From IMG/VR virus record IMGVR_UViG_3300023048_000002, positions 107,341 through 171,340 of that record: a stretch of DNA of 64,000 nucleotides, one strand, 5' to 3'. The stretch is from a virus. Its lineage: Duplodnaviria > Caudoviricetes. Positions 24,492-33,411 of this stretch are shown here, in pieces; within the stretch, counting starts at the first letter, position 1, and the number at the start of each line of letters is the position of its first letter. A model generated the notes under the pieces. The model searched no databases, was not told the DNA's origin, and worked only from the letters and a program-made list of their open reading frames with translations. The position numbers and the translations under genes are program-made.

Positions 24492-24995
24492 TTACATCAA
24501 TGGTAAGTGACCTGTTATAATTTTTAATTGGCTATCCCAAGCTGGTCCGATTGCCAATGTGGTGAAGGTTGGTACACCGTGGAACTCAGTCTTGCCGGAA
24601 TCCTGAATCAGACAGTTGAGAAGACCAGCTTCCTTTGCTTTCTGTTCGATTTCAAGAAGTTCTGCTTCAGAGTTTACAGATACACAAATCTTGGTAAAGG
24701 TACCGTCGAGCCATGCTTCAAATGCAGTCCCTTCATAGTATTCAATGACCTTCTTTGTCTTACCGGTTGGACCCAAATCATTAAACCCATATTCAGTCTT
24801 TGAACGCTTCAACACAGCACCTAAACTTGCGTGGGCAACCTGTGCTGCAATCTTACCTTTACGCATATTCAAATCTTTACGTACAACGATGATCTGCTTA
24901 GCAGGACCACGTTCTACAATCATCTGTTTGCGTCTATCTTTCTGTTCTTGCTTGATGGCGGCACGTTTATCAAGGAATTTCTTTATATAACTCAT
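24492..24995 (-). CDS. pth2: peptidyl-tRNA hydrolase, Pth2 type
   Basis: KQIIVVRKDLNMRKGKIAAQVAHA, IQDSGKTEF, TTLAIGP. Confidence 0.92.
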   Translation of the reverse strand: MSYIKKFLDKRAAIKQEQKDRRKQMIVERGPAKQIIVVRKDLNMRKGKIAAQVAHASLGAVLKRSKTEYGFNDLGPTGKTKKVIEYYEGTAFEAWLDGTFTKICVSVNSEAELLEIEQKAKEAGLLNCLIQDSGKTEFHGVPTFTTLAIGPAWDSQLKIITGHLPLM

Positions 24996-25513
24996 GATTT
25001 GCTTGCCTCTAGGATTTTCATCCACTTCTGTGACTTCTTGGCAATGTATACCTGAAGTTCACTGATAATTTCTTCTGGTGTCATTGTTGGGTTCATCTTT
25101 GATACAGAATCTAGAGCGCAATTGATGACATCTGCACATTCACCGAATTCTGATTCACCCATTGGCTTGTTGATCTTACCACGCTTAATCTGAATGGCTG
25201 TTACAAGCTCGCCATGTTCTTCTGTCAGCTTATGTAGAACATCGTCTACCGTCCAGCTTGCAGGTGCAGTGCGGCCAATCTTGATGATATCTAGGAATAG
25301 ATCACGGAAGTCCGCTTTCTTCTGTTCTACTTCCAACTTCTTGAGTCGGAATTTATCAGCAGATACGAGGAATGAAACGGCTAGCATTTCTTCCATCTTA
25401 ATCGGGTCTTTGTAGGTTTCTGATCTGATCTTCTCTGGCTCAACGTAATCAAGAATTTCTTTGATCTTTTGCTTTGATAGTTCAATCGGGTTTGTGTTGG
25501 TAATGTTGCTCAT
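24992..25513 (-). CDS. MazG-like NTP pyrophosphatase
   Basis: KLTEEHGEL...GECADV motif; start at ATG 25513. Confidence 0.75.
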   Translation of the reverse strand: MSNITNTNPIELSKQKIKEILDYVEPEKIRSETYKDPIKMEEMLAVSFLVSADKFRLKKLEVEQKKADFRDLFLDIIKIGRTAPASWTVDDVLHKLTEEHGELVTAIQIKRGKINKPMGESEFGECADVINCALDSVSKMNPTMTPEEIISELQVYIAKKSQKWMKILEASKS

Positions 25514-26031
25514 GCAGAGTAATCCATAATGTCGAGTAATCGTTGATCCCAAAATTCATTATACATGTTAATGACTGGAACGTTATTTTCTGATGCGATT
25601 GATATTGCTTGGCCTGTTCCACCAGTACGTCTTGATCTTGTTTTGTGGGTTTCACAGCCATCCTGCGTCCAACATAACACAAATGTTGCTGGTGATGCAA
25701 GGTCAAGACCTAAAACTTGATGGACGTTTCTAGCCATTAATTTTTTAACTGATTGCTTTAAGCCTTTCCAGTTAGGGTGATATTGAGAAGCAATGTATTC
25801 AGCTTCATCATCTTGTTCAAACAATTTTGAAGTACTCTTACCGAACCCTTTCCATGGAATATATATTTCCATATTTCCATTAGTACATCCAAGTTCAAAG
25901 GCCATGTCCGCACCCGGAGCATGGCCTGAACGAAGTGTATAATTTTCCTGTAAGGCACCAGCAATTTTGGTCATCTTGCGAAGAATCCGTTTAGGTGACT
26001 CGCGTGATCCAATTCCAGAATATGCGTACAT
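25510..26031 (-). CDS. SLOG/DprA-like nucleotide-binding protein
   Basis: YSGIGSRE, LRSGHAPGADMAFE, ARNVHQVLG, GGTGQA. Confidence 0.8.
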   Translation of the reverse strand: MYAYSGIGSRESPKRILRKMTKIAGALQENYTLRSGHAPGADMAFELGCTNGNMEIYIPWKGFGKSTSKLFEQDDEAEYIASQYHPNWKGLKQSVKKLMARNVHQVLGLDLASPATFVLCWTQDGCETHKTRSRRTGGTGQAISIASENNVPVINMYNEFWDQRLLDIMDYSA

Positions 26032-26042
26032 GCCTGTTTCCT

Positions 26043-26633
26043 TTACTGTGATAAGCTTAGCATATGGTCTCTGTAAATGCTCATTTCAGCAATCGAGAAT
26101 TTGATGTCATCTAAACCGCGATGGCTTGATGGTGCTAGCTTTAGAGCATCAGCCTTACGATAAACGTCAGGTAGAATTCTCTTATAGACTTCCTTGAAGC
26201 TAGATACATCGATTAAACGATAATGCAAGAACTTTGCAAGCATTGGCATCTGCGCATCAATGAAATTCCTATCCAATCGTACACTATTACCACAGATTGG
26301 TGATGAACCCGGCTTGACGCCATGCTCAGTCAGGTATGCACAAATCAATGAATCGGCTGCTGATGTTGTGATTGCAGATTCCTGAATGTCATAAAGAAGA
26401 CCATTACTTGTGTGCATATTCAAAACATAATCATCCATCAATTCCAGTACATATTCAATAGGGTGGAAGATAACAATCTTCAAGCCTTCATCGAGAATGT
26501 TAAAGTATTCATCAGTGATGTGCAGGCCGACTTCAAGAATCTTGTGCTTTCTGCAACCTTCCATCTGATTATCACCGTCAAGACCTGTTGTCTCAAGGTC
26601 AATCCAAACTAATTTATTATTCATTAAATTCAT
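26043..26633 (-). CDS. orn: oligoribonuclease
   Basis: WIDLETTGL, MHTSNGL, CGNSV..DRNF, HYRLIDVSS, HRGLDDI. Confidence 0.92.
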   Translation of the reverse strand: MNLMNNKLVWIDLETTGLDGDNQMEGCRKHKILEVGLHITDEYFNILDEGLKIVIFHPIEYVLELMDDYVLNMHTSNGLLYDIQESAITTSAADSLICAYLTEHGVKPGSSPICGNSVRLDRNFIDAQMPMLAKFLHYRLIDVSSFKEVYKRILPDVYRKADALKLAPSSHRGLDDIKFSIAEMSIYRDHMLSLSQ

Positions 26634-27140
26634 TTATCCGTAGGTCATACACATAGGACATTGGCCTTCGTATATTCTATATTGGTCAACATCAACAATT
26701 GTTGTCTGTACACCGGGTGAAGTAAGCTTTGATGTTACTTCACCAACATTTTGTGTAACAGCTTTGAAATTTTCTGGTAGTTGATAATGTCCATGTGGTG
26801 CAGGCTTACCAGTTTCATCAAGATTTACAAATACAATTTCTGCAACCTTGACAATCTCTTGCTGGGTTCTCTTATTTCTTAAAGAACAGCCTACTGTAAT
26901 AGATGTCTTACCAACCTTTACTACTTCCATACCAATCTCAACGATTTCACCCTTACGTGCTGGTGCTTTGAAGTCGATGGTACTCATGACCTTTGTAACT
27001 AAATGAATAGGGTACTTCAACTGACAGTAAGCAAAGATTGCAGCCTCTTCATCAATCCATTCTAAAGCTCTCCCGCCGAACAATGTTCCAGCGGGATTTA
27101 AGTCTTTGTCCATAACCATCTTTCTGGTTCGGTATTCCAT
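26634..27140 (-). CDS. acyl-CoA thioesterase (hot-dog fold)
   Basis: DLNPAGTLFGG..LEWIDE, VGKTSI, VFVNLDE.GKP. Confidence 0.88.
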   Translation of the reverse strand: MEYRTRKMVMDKDLNPAGTLFGGRALEWIDEEAAIFAYCQLKYPIHLVTKVMSTIDFKAPARKGEIVEIGMEVVKVGKTSITVGCSLRNKRTQQEIVKVAEIVFVNLDETGKPAPHGHYQLPENFKAVTQNVGEVTSKLTSPGVQTTIVDVDQYRIYEGQCPMCMTYG

Positions 27141-27320
27141 TTAATATCCTTTCGTATTCTTGTACCATCTTCCCTTCAGTTGAAATGAAGTTGAAAAAGT
27201 TGGAATCAATATTAGCTTGTCTTCACATTTTTCACAAGTCTGGTTTTCAGCATTTGCGAATGAAACGATCTTATCTTCTTTGGTGTCACACTTAAGACAC
27301 ATGTAAGTATGAATTGGCAT
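27141..27320 (-). CDS. FmdB-family zinc-ribbon protein
   Basis: Read by hand: MPIHTYMCLKC...CEKC...FQLKGRWY. Confidence 0.75.
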   Translation of the reverse strand: MPIHTYMCLKCDTKEDKIVSFANAENQTCEKCEDKLILIPTFSTSFQLKGRWYKNTKGY

Positions 27321-27874
27321 TAGACACTCTTAATTACGAAAGGGGCAGACACTCCGGCAGAGTGTGCTGATGCAGCTTCTAGAGCCATTGTAATTCTTTT
27401 ATCTGGTGTCAGCTTCTTATCCAGACGTTCAGAGGTGAACATTGAACCAAGCGCCAAATCATCACCACAACCACATGCATCATAATCAAGCGATGGAATA
27501 CCTACTTGGAAATCCGTATCAATTTGATATAGCTGGCTCTTATATCCTAACAAGAAAATGCCACCAAGAACTGAATGATCTTCATCATCCTTGGGTAGGA
27601 ACCCATGTTCCTTGTAACATTCAATAAGTGATGGGATGAATGTTCTAACCAAATATTCCATGTCTTCAACGCCTTCCATACGTGCTGGAATGTCGAATGC
27701 ATAGCGGATGATCTGGCCCATTCTAAAAGAAGATGTGAATCCGAAAATCATTTCATCCTTTACAAAAACCTTTTCATCAACTCTTACGGTCTTCTGAAAG
27801 TTGGTGTTTGATCCTAAAGAATCACCACCGATGTAAATTTTATCGTTATGTTTTAGCCCTACAATACAAGTCAT
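27320..27874 (-). CDS. HslV/proteasome-like Ntn peptidase
   Basis: N-terminal MTCIVG, GGDS, GCG...ALG motifs. Confidence 0.75.
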   Translation of the reverse strand: MTCIVGLKHNDKIYIGGDSLGSNTNFQKTVRVDEKVFVKDEMIFGFTSSFRMGQIIRYAFDIPARMEGVEDMEYLVRTFIPSLIECYKEHGFLPKDDEDHSVLGGIFLLGYKSQLYQIDTDFQVGIPSLDYDACGCGDDLALGSMFTSERLDKKLTPDKRITMALEAASAHSAGVSAPFVIKSV

Positions 27875-27877
27875 TTA

Positions 27878-28423
27878 TTAACCTACTTTCTTCAAAAATT
27901 TTGATTTCTTTTCTAACGCTGTTTTGAAGTCTTCAATATTATCAACCTGCGTGATTCCATATCTCTTACAAATGATATCTACATTTCCCTTTCTAAAAAA
28001 CTTCTCAGGACACAATACTACAGCCTTCTCCGGGAATTTACCTGCTATCAAACCTAGCTCTGCTAAAGTGATAGGTGATTGGGTGTTCTCATCAAAGTAA
28101 ACAATTACCAGACTAGAGTTTTCAATATGGGTTAGCTCCCATGTTACCTGCTCATTAAATTGTTTATTTTCTATGGTCTGCTTCCATGAAGAGTCCCAAT
28201 CATCTCTACGTGGATTTACAATATAAATGTTGCTGAATGTCTCTAACAAATCTTCCGTAACTTCAGTCTGCCAATCCTTAGCCTTACCCATTTCAATGGA
28301 GCCAGCCAAGAAAACTGTAACTGAATTATCTCTAGGAACAATCACCTTTTCTGGTGCTTTAAAAACTCTATTTCGTTCTTTTTCTTCTTTACCTAAAAAT
28401 ACTTCTTCAAAAATCATACTCAT
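27878..28423 (-). CDS. nucleoside 2-deoxyribosyltransferase-like protein
   Basis: VFLAGSI, NPRRDDW, QVTWEL, SPITLAELG. Confidence 0.85.
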   Translation of the reverse strand: MSMIFEEVFLGKEEKERNRVFKAPEKVIVPRDNSVTVFLAGSIEMGKAKDWQTEVTEDLLETFSNIYIVNPRRDDWDSSWKQTIENKQFNEQVTWELTHIENSSLVIVYFDENTQSPITLAELGLIAGKFPEKAVVLCPEKFFRKGNVDIICKRYGITQVDNIEDFKTALEKKSKFLKKVG

Positions 28424-28832
28424 TCCTATTCTGTAATTTTATATCCATTTCTACGATAAGTGCATCACATTGTCTGTTGCACAAATCAAGATAAACTCTT
28501 TCATGTAGGTTCTGTCTTCGATCAAAATCTGAAAGAAGAACTATTGAATTCATATAATCTCTTCCAATAGTTCTTGAATCATCATATTTTTCAATTGTTA
28601 CATACTTAAAAATTTGATCAATAAGTGCCATAGTTGGAGCCATATCTTTTGATCTAAGATACTCTACATAACTATTTTTCAATTGGTCTCTTATGTTGTG
28701 GGGGGTTATTGTAAAAACAAACCATTTAATCCCATCTTGCGTTATAGTTTCTATGATTTTTTTCATTAGGAACTTAGTGCTACCACATCCTCTACTTGGT
28801 TTTTTCAACCATATAATGTTATTCTTCACCAT
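28407..28832 (-). CDS. hypothetical protein
   Basis: 141-aa ORF overlapping both neighbours. Confidence 0.6.
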   Translation of the reverse strand: MVKNNIIWLKKPSRGCGSTKFLMKKIIETITQDGIKWFVFTITPHNIRDQLKNSYVEYLRSKDMAPTMALIDQIFKYVTIEKYDDSRTIGRDYMNSIVLLSDFDRRQNLHERVYLDLCNRQCDALIVEMDIKLQNRNEYDF

Positions 28833-29385
28833 AATCAGTTACAATCTCTCTATTACCCATGTAAGAAACAATTTCATCAAGGTGGAATGGACGACCTTCA
28901 TACTTTCCAGTAATCCATTTACTATCGATCCCAACATCAACGGATTTTCCTAAAGGTGGCATTTTTCCATGAACATGCCCAAAGAGTTGGAAAGAACCTC
29001 TATTGCTTCCATCCCATGATCGCATCGGGTAGTGTGACATAATTATTTTTATTTTGTTATCAAATCTTAACTCTCTGTAATGCTGAATAGATTTGAATAG
29101 TCCCTGATCAAGATATTTCTTTCTTTCATTGAAAATAGCTTTATCATGGTTTCCTAGAATCAAATGTTGTTGACCTTTCAATCTACTAAGAATTTCAATC
29201 GTCTTTTCAGTATTACCAAATGAGAAATCTCCAAGGTTCCAGACATGATCTAGATCATGTACGTTTGCGTTATTCCATTCAATGAATGCATCATTCATAT
29301 CTTCCACAGATTCATATGGTCTGCCTGTGAATTTCAGAATGTTCTTATGATGGTAGTGTTGATCACTAGAGAACCATGTGTTCAT
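28819..29385 (-). CDS. calcineurin-like metallophosphoesterase
   Basis: SDQH, LGDF, GNHD, SHYP, GHVH. Confidence 0.9.
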   Translation of the reverse strand: MNTWFSSDQHYHHKNILKFTGRPYESVEDMNDAFIEWNNANVHDLDHVWNLGDFSFGNTEKTIEILSRLKGQQHLILGNHDKAIFNERKKYLDQGLFKSIQHYRELRFDNKIKIIMSHYPMRSWDGSNRGSFQLFGHVHGKMPPLGKSVDVGIDSKWITGKYEGRPFHLDEIVSYMGNREIVTDYGEE

Positions 29386-29512
29386 TTTTATTATTTCCTT
29401 TACCCGCCCGATTATATCATGTAAAGATTAATCTATCAATATCAAAAGATGTTGATTTTATATGGTTCACTCTATATCATCCAATAAATAAGAATACTAT
29501 TGGAGTTCTTTC

Positions 29513-29857
29513 ATGAAAATTTTTGATATCCTGACAGAAGATGTTGGCGCAGCAGTGGCCTATAAGAATCTGTCACCCCTACAGATTGGCCTTTTGAAGA
29601 AAATTGCCGCAGGTCGTTTTGATGTTCAGGTTGCTTCGCCACAAGCTCAGGATGCATTTGACCAGTTGGCTAGCTATCGTCTAGTTGATGATTTAAGTGG
29701 TGAACTGACGCCTAAGGGTCAGGCTGCTCTAGCTCTTGCTCAGAAGTATGGTACATTCAAGTCAACTGCTGGTACGCGTCCTGCACAGCCTCAGGATGAT
29801 CAAGCACCGGATGATGGTAGCTTTGAAGATGATCTAGATGCAATTGACATCAGCTAA
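29513..29857 (+). CDS. late hypothetical protein (MKIFDILTE leader, wHTH-like)
   Basis: GGAG RBS, ATAAATA at 29484-29490. Confidence 0.7.
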   Translation: MKIFDILTEDVGAAVAYKNLSPLQIGLLKKIAAGRFDVQVASPQAQDAFDQLASYRLVDDLSGELTPKGQAALALAQKYGTFKSTAGTRPAQPQDDQAPDDGSFEDDLDAIDIS

Positions 29858-29876
29858 GTTTCTATATGCTATAAAC

Positions 29877-29906
29877 AATAAAAGCGCCTTTCGGCGCTTT
29901 TATTTT
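29877..29906. terminator. bidirectional terminator between convergent genes
   Basis: AATAAAAGCGCC-TTTC-GGCGCTTTTATT. Confidence 0.85.
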
Positions 29907-29923
29907 ATCTGTGATTTGTGATA

Positions 29924-30553
29924 TCACTTCTTATTGAAGATATCCGAAAGGAACTTATTAAATTCCTTGGCAAAATACTTCTGTGCCGCTGGATCATACT
30001 GCATCTGTTCTGCAAGAGTTAGGGTCTTGATACCAGACTTCATCTGCTGAAGAGATTCATATACTGGAACAGGCATTGCACCGGCTGCTGATGGAACGCA
30101 TACGATATCTACGGTCTGAACCATGAAGTTTTCAACAATACCTTCATTAGTCACTGATCCTGCGCCACGGGATGAAACACCCGGACGGAAACCATTCTTA
30201 ATCAATTCCTTTGCAATTGAGCCATATGGAGTATTAAGAATCTTCATCTTACCTACAGCATTGTTACCATCCATTCTAACTTCAGTAATAACGTGTGAAA
30301 CCGACTGTAATTCAGTCATTAAACGATCTGCCGGGTGATCCAATTCACCAGCTACGCTACCATGAGACTTAATAGTCTCATTAAGACTAGCAACAGCCTT
30401 GACCATTTCATCTAGAGGGTACACACGACCATTACGATTTTTAATCGAGGCCTGCATGAAAATACCATTCAAGTATACATCCTTGCCTTCATTACTAGCT
30501 TCAGTAATGATGTTACCTTCATTGGCGTTTAATGATTCAATTAGTAATTCCAC
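29924..30553 (-). CDS. prohead core protease (T4 gp21-like)
   Basis: GIFMQA..KNRNGRVY, GELDHP, GVSSRGAGS, DIV..PSA. Confidence 0.93.
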   Translation of the reverse strand: MELLIESLNANEGNIITEASNEGKDVYLNGIFMQASIKNRNGRVYPLDEMVKAVASLNETIKSHGSVAGELDHPADRLMTELQSVSHVITEVRMDGNNAVGKMKILNTPYGSIAKELIKNGFRPGVSSRGAGSVTNEGIVENFMVQTVDIVCVPSAAGAMPVPVYESLQQMKSGIKTLTLAEQMQYDPAAQKYFAKEFNKFLSDIFNKK

Positions 30554-30562
30554 TATTTTTCC

Positions 30563-31042
30563 TTAAGCCTTCTTACTGGCTTTAACGTTATCTATAATCT
30601 TTTTGGCCTTTGCCTTAGCTGGGCCATCCTTGTTCGTTACTTCACCGTCCTTACCATCTTCAAAGCTACTAATGTTCTCTTTAGATTCATCGCGGTTTGG
30701 AAGCTTCTGGATTTCTGATTCATAATCCTTAACTTCGTTTAGCTTGTGTTCTTCGCCAACATGGACATAGAGGTCTTTCAAGCTATCGAACTTCTTTGAC
30801 TTGCCACCTGATGCGGTGTATTGAATACCCTTATCATCATCAGCATCATGCTTAACCTTGCCAACAGCCTTGCCGTTTACAAATAGGTCTTCGCCCTTTA
30901 GCTTAATTGGTGACTCTTCTTTTTCTCTCAAGACATCCTTGGCTTTCAAAGTTGAGTAGGTTTCCCAAGCTGCCTTGGCTGCTACATCATCTTTCTTAAT
31001 TACTGCATCAACGAAATCTCTTAAATGTTGTTTTGTACTCAT
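30563..31042 (-). CDS. putative prohead core protein
   Basis: Charged protein between portal and protease; N-terminus similar to 31495-31638. Confidence 0.55.
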   Translation of the reverse strand: MSTKQHLRDFVDAVIKKDDVAAKAAWETYSTLKAKDVLREKEESPIKLKGEDLFVNGKAVGKVKHDADDDKGIQYTASGGKSKKFDSLKDLYVHVGEEHKLNEVKDYESEIQKLPNRDESKENISSFEDGKDGEVTNKDGPAKAKAKKIIDNVKASKKA

Positions 31043-31054
31043 ATCATATCCTCG

Positions 31055-31240
31055 TTAGTTTTTAGCGTTAGCATATAGTAGATACTGAAGAAGAGAATTT
31101 ACTTCTTCCTTATCGTGATCCTGTTTGGTTGGTTCTTCTGTTGTAGCCTTTCCATCATCAATATTTTCGTCTCCTAAAATATAACGATAAGGGGCAAGCT
31201 TGACATCATTAAGGTGTTTTTTAAAACTACCTACTTTCAT
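31055..31240 (-). CDS. hypothetical protein
   Basis: 61-aa ORF in the head operon. Confidence 0.55.
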   Translation of the reverse strand: MKVGSFKKHLNDVKLAPYRYILGDENIDDGKATTEEPTKQDHDKEEVNSLLQYLLYANAKN

Positions 31241-31491
31241 GCTGCACCTCCTGATGCACCACCAGCCGATCCACCAGAACCACCGGCAGAACCGCTACCA
31301 TCTGCTGATGCACTAGCACCAGTAGAAGATGAGCCATCCGTGGCTCCATTTCCATCCGTAGAACACTGTCCGCTCAAGTTCGAACCCAATCCACCATAGA
31401 CAGATTGCTTCACCTTATTAACAACCTTCTTAGGCTTTTTATCCTTGAAGGCGTTAGGGAGTTTCGAACCAAGCACATCTAAAATCTTCAT
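31237..31491 (-). CDS. hypothetical protein with Gly/Ser/Ala-rich tail
   Basis: 84-aa ORF in the head operon. Confidence 0.55.
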   Translation of the reverse strand: MKILDVLGSKLPNAFKDKKPKKVVNKVKQSVYGGLGSNLSGQCSTDGNGATDGSSSTGASASADGSGSAGGSGGSAGGASGGAA

Positions 31492-31494
31492 GGA

Positions 31495-31638
31495 TTAAAC
31501 GCCATCCTTTGATGGTGCTTCCTTGAGTAAATCTTTTGATTTCATTTCAACATAAGCGTGATGAAATTCCTTCGCTTTCTGCTGGTCGCCATTAGTCAAT
31601 GCTTGTACCATTTGACTCAAATATTCTTTTGGTGTCAT
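31495..31638 (-). CDS. small prohead core protein (gp67-like position)
   Basis: Read by hand, 47 aa MTPKEYLSQMVQAL...; AAGGA RBS; ATAAATA at 31672-31678. Confidence 0.55.
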   Translation of the reverse strand: MTPKEYLSQMVQALTNGDQQKAKEFHHAYVEMKSKDLLKEAPSKDGV

Positions 31639-31690
31639 TTATAGAATTCCTTCACAGTGTGTGATTATCATTATTTATGTTCGTAAGCTC

Positions 31691-33376
31691 TTAAGACTGC
31701 TTTTCAGATGATTTACTTGGTGATGATGTTTTGCTATCTGGCGTTTCAGAGCCGGTATCTGTCTCGGTATCATCGCCTTCACCACCGTCATCTACATCAC
31801 CTAAATCACCACCAAGATCACCACCTCCACCACCAGTTAGACCACCATCGTAGCCACCAGAGTCAGCATTATTTGGTGAGTAAATCTTAGCCATATTCTT
31901 CTTGCCACCATTTGGATCAAGACCTAAGTCCTCAGCCTTCATACGTTCATTCAGGATCAACTCTTCTTTAGTTAGACCCAAGTACTTAGTACCAATGAAA
32001 CGTGGGGACAACCATTCAATACCTGAAGCTGATATAGCCAAGTTAACCAATGAACTATTAATTTCATTATCACGCGATTTCTTGAAGTTGCTTGGTGATG
32101 GTAGAACAATCTTATAAACAGTAGGATCAATATTGACCTTCATGTCGTTCTGTAGGAAACGCTTGAATTCTCGGTCTAGAACATCTTCAAAGTGAACCTG
32201 AAGCTGTTCAATATATAGTGTGAACTTGATTTCCTGTTGATATGCAATACCGACCTTACCGTCATTAAATGGTGTACCACCAGTTGCGGTGTTATCCATA
32301 TATGACTGAGGAATACGCAAAGCTCTCCACATCTTATTGTAGAAGTAATCCAATTCCTTCAATTCACCTAGACCCTGACCGCCCGGTAGAGTTTCTACTG
32401 TTGAACCCTGACCATTTCTCATAGCGAAGAAGAAATCTTCATTCATTGAGGTTGGTGAGTAGATTGATTCGACCTGATTACCGCCACCATATGGTGATGG
32501 AATCTTTCTCTGTTTAATTTCATTTTTAGCATTTTCAAGAATCTGAGCCTTCAACTGTGGTGGGGTATTACCCAATTCAAGTTTAAAGACACGCTTTTCC
32601 GGTGCACGCTGGATTCTGTAAATCAATACTGAATCTTCAAGCAACTGCTTCTGCTTAAAGGTTCTGTAGATAGCACGAAGAATTGACTGACTGAACGGAG
32701 CTTCATCTGACATATCATCATGTAGGCCAAAACGAATCACATCTTCGGCATTATAGTTTTCAACATTATATGATTCTGATGAAACCCCCGGAGTCTGAAA
32801 ACTTACGTTATCAATTGCTTTATCATAGTCATTTCTTATCTGCCAACCTAGGATGTTATGAACATCACTCTTTGCCACGGCGGCCCCAATAACATGCTTT
32901 GGGTGTACATATGCAAATGGTTTAGATATTTTCTGTCCTCTGAAAAAGAAAGAGTCTCCATACTTAATAGTGTTTCTAACCAAGAAATATAGACGGCGGT
33001 TCCATCTATGTACATTACACCAAGTTCTCAATGCTGCCTGTAGAGTTACAACATGAGATGATGGTACGTCTTGCTCGTTACCAACTGTAATTTGAAGTTC
33101 CAAAGGCATATCACTCTTTGGGTTATTACCAATAATTTCTTCAGCGATGATATCCAATGCTCTAGATACGTCAGTATCTTCATCCATCATATCGAATTCA
33201 CGATATCTCTGTAATCTTGCAGAGCTACCCTGAATGAGCTTGTTCATCCAACTGTAATTACCATATAAACCCTGATCACCAGATGTGTCCTGAGAGTCGG
33301 ACATGCTAACTTTGGCCGATTGAGGGTCAATAATTTTATAGAATTTGGTAATTTTTCCGCGATCTGATGCAGCCAT
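31691..33376 (-). CDS. portal protein (T4 gp20-like)
   Basis: LLEDSVLIYRIQRAPEKRVF, EDFFF, VETLPGGQ, ALRIP. Confidence 0.95.
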   Translation of the reverse strand: MAASDRGKITKFYKIIDPQSAKVSMSDSQDTSGDQGLYGNYSWMNKLIQGSSARLQRYREFDMMDEDTDVSRALDIIAEEIIGNNPKSDMPLELQITVGNEQDVPSSHVVTLQAALRTWCNVHRWNRRLYFLVRNTIKYGDSFFFRGQKISKPFAYVHPKHVIGAAVAKSDVHNILGWQIRNDYDKAIDNVSFQTPGVSSESYNVENYNAEDVIRFGLHDDMSDEAPFSQSILRAIYRTFKQKQLLEDSVLIYRIQRAPEKRVFKLELGNTPPQLKAQILENAKNEIKQRKIPSPYGGGNQVESIYSPTSMNEDFFFAMRNGQGSTVETLPGGQGLGELKELDYFYNKMWRALRIPQSYMDNTATGGTPFNDGKVGIAYQQEIKFTLYIEQLQVHFEDVLDREFKRFLQNDMKVNIDPTVYKIVLPSPSNFKKSRDNEINSSLVNLAISASGIEWLSPRFIGTKYLGLTKEELILNERMKAEDLGLDPNGGKKNMAKIYSPNNADSGGYDGGLTGGGGGDLGGDLGDVDDGGEGDDTETDTGSETPDSKTSSPSKSSEKQS

Positions 33377-33411
33377 TTAGTTATCTCATAATGTTGTATT
33401 TATTAATGCGT

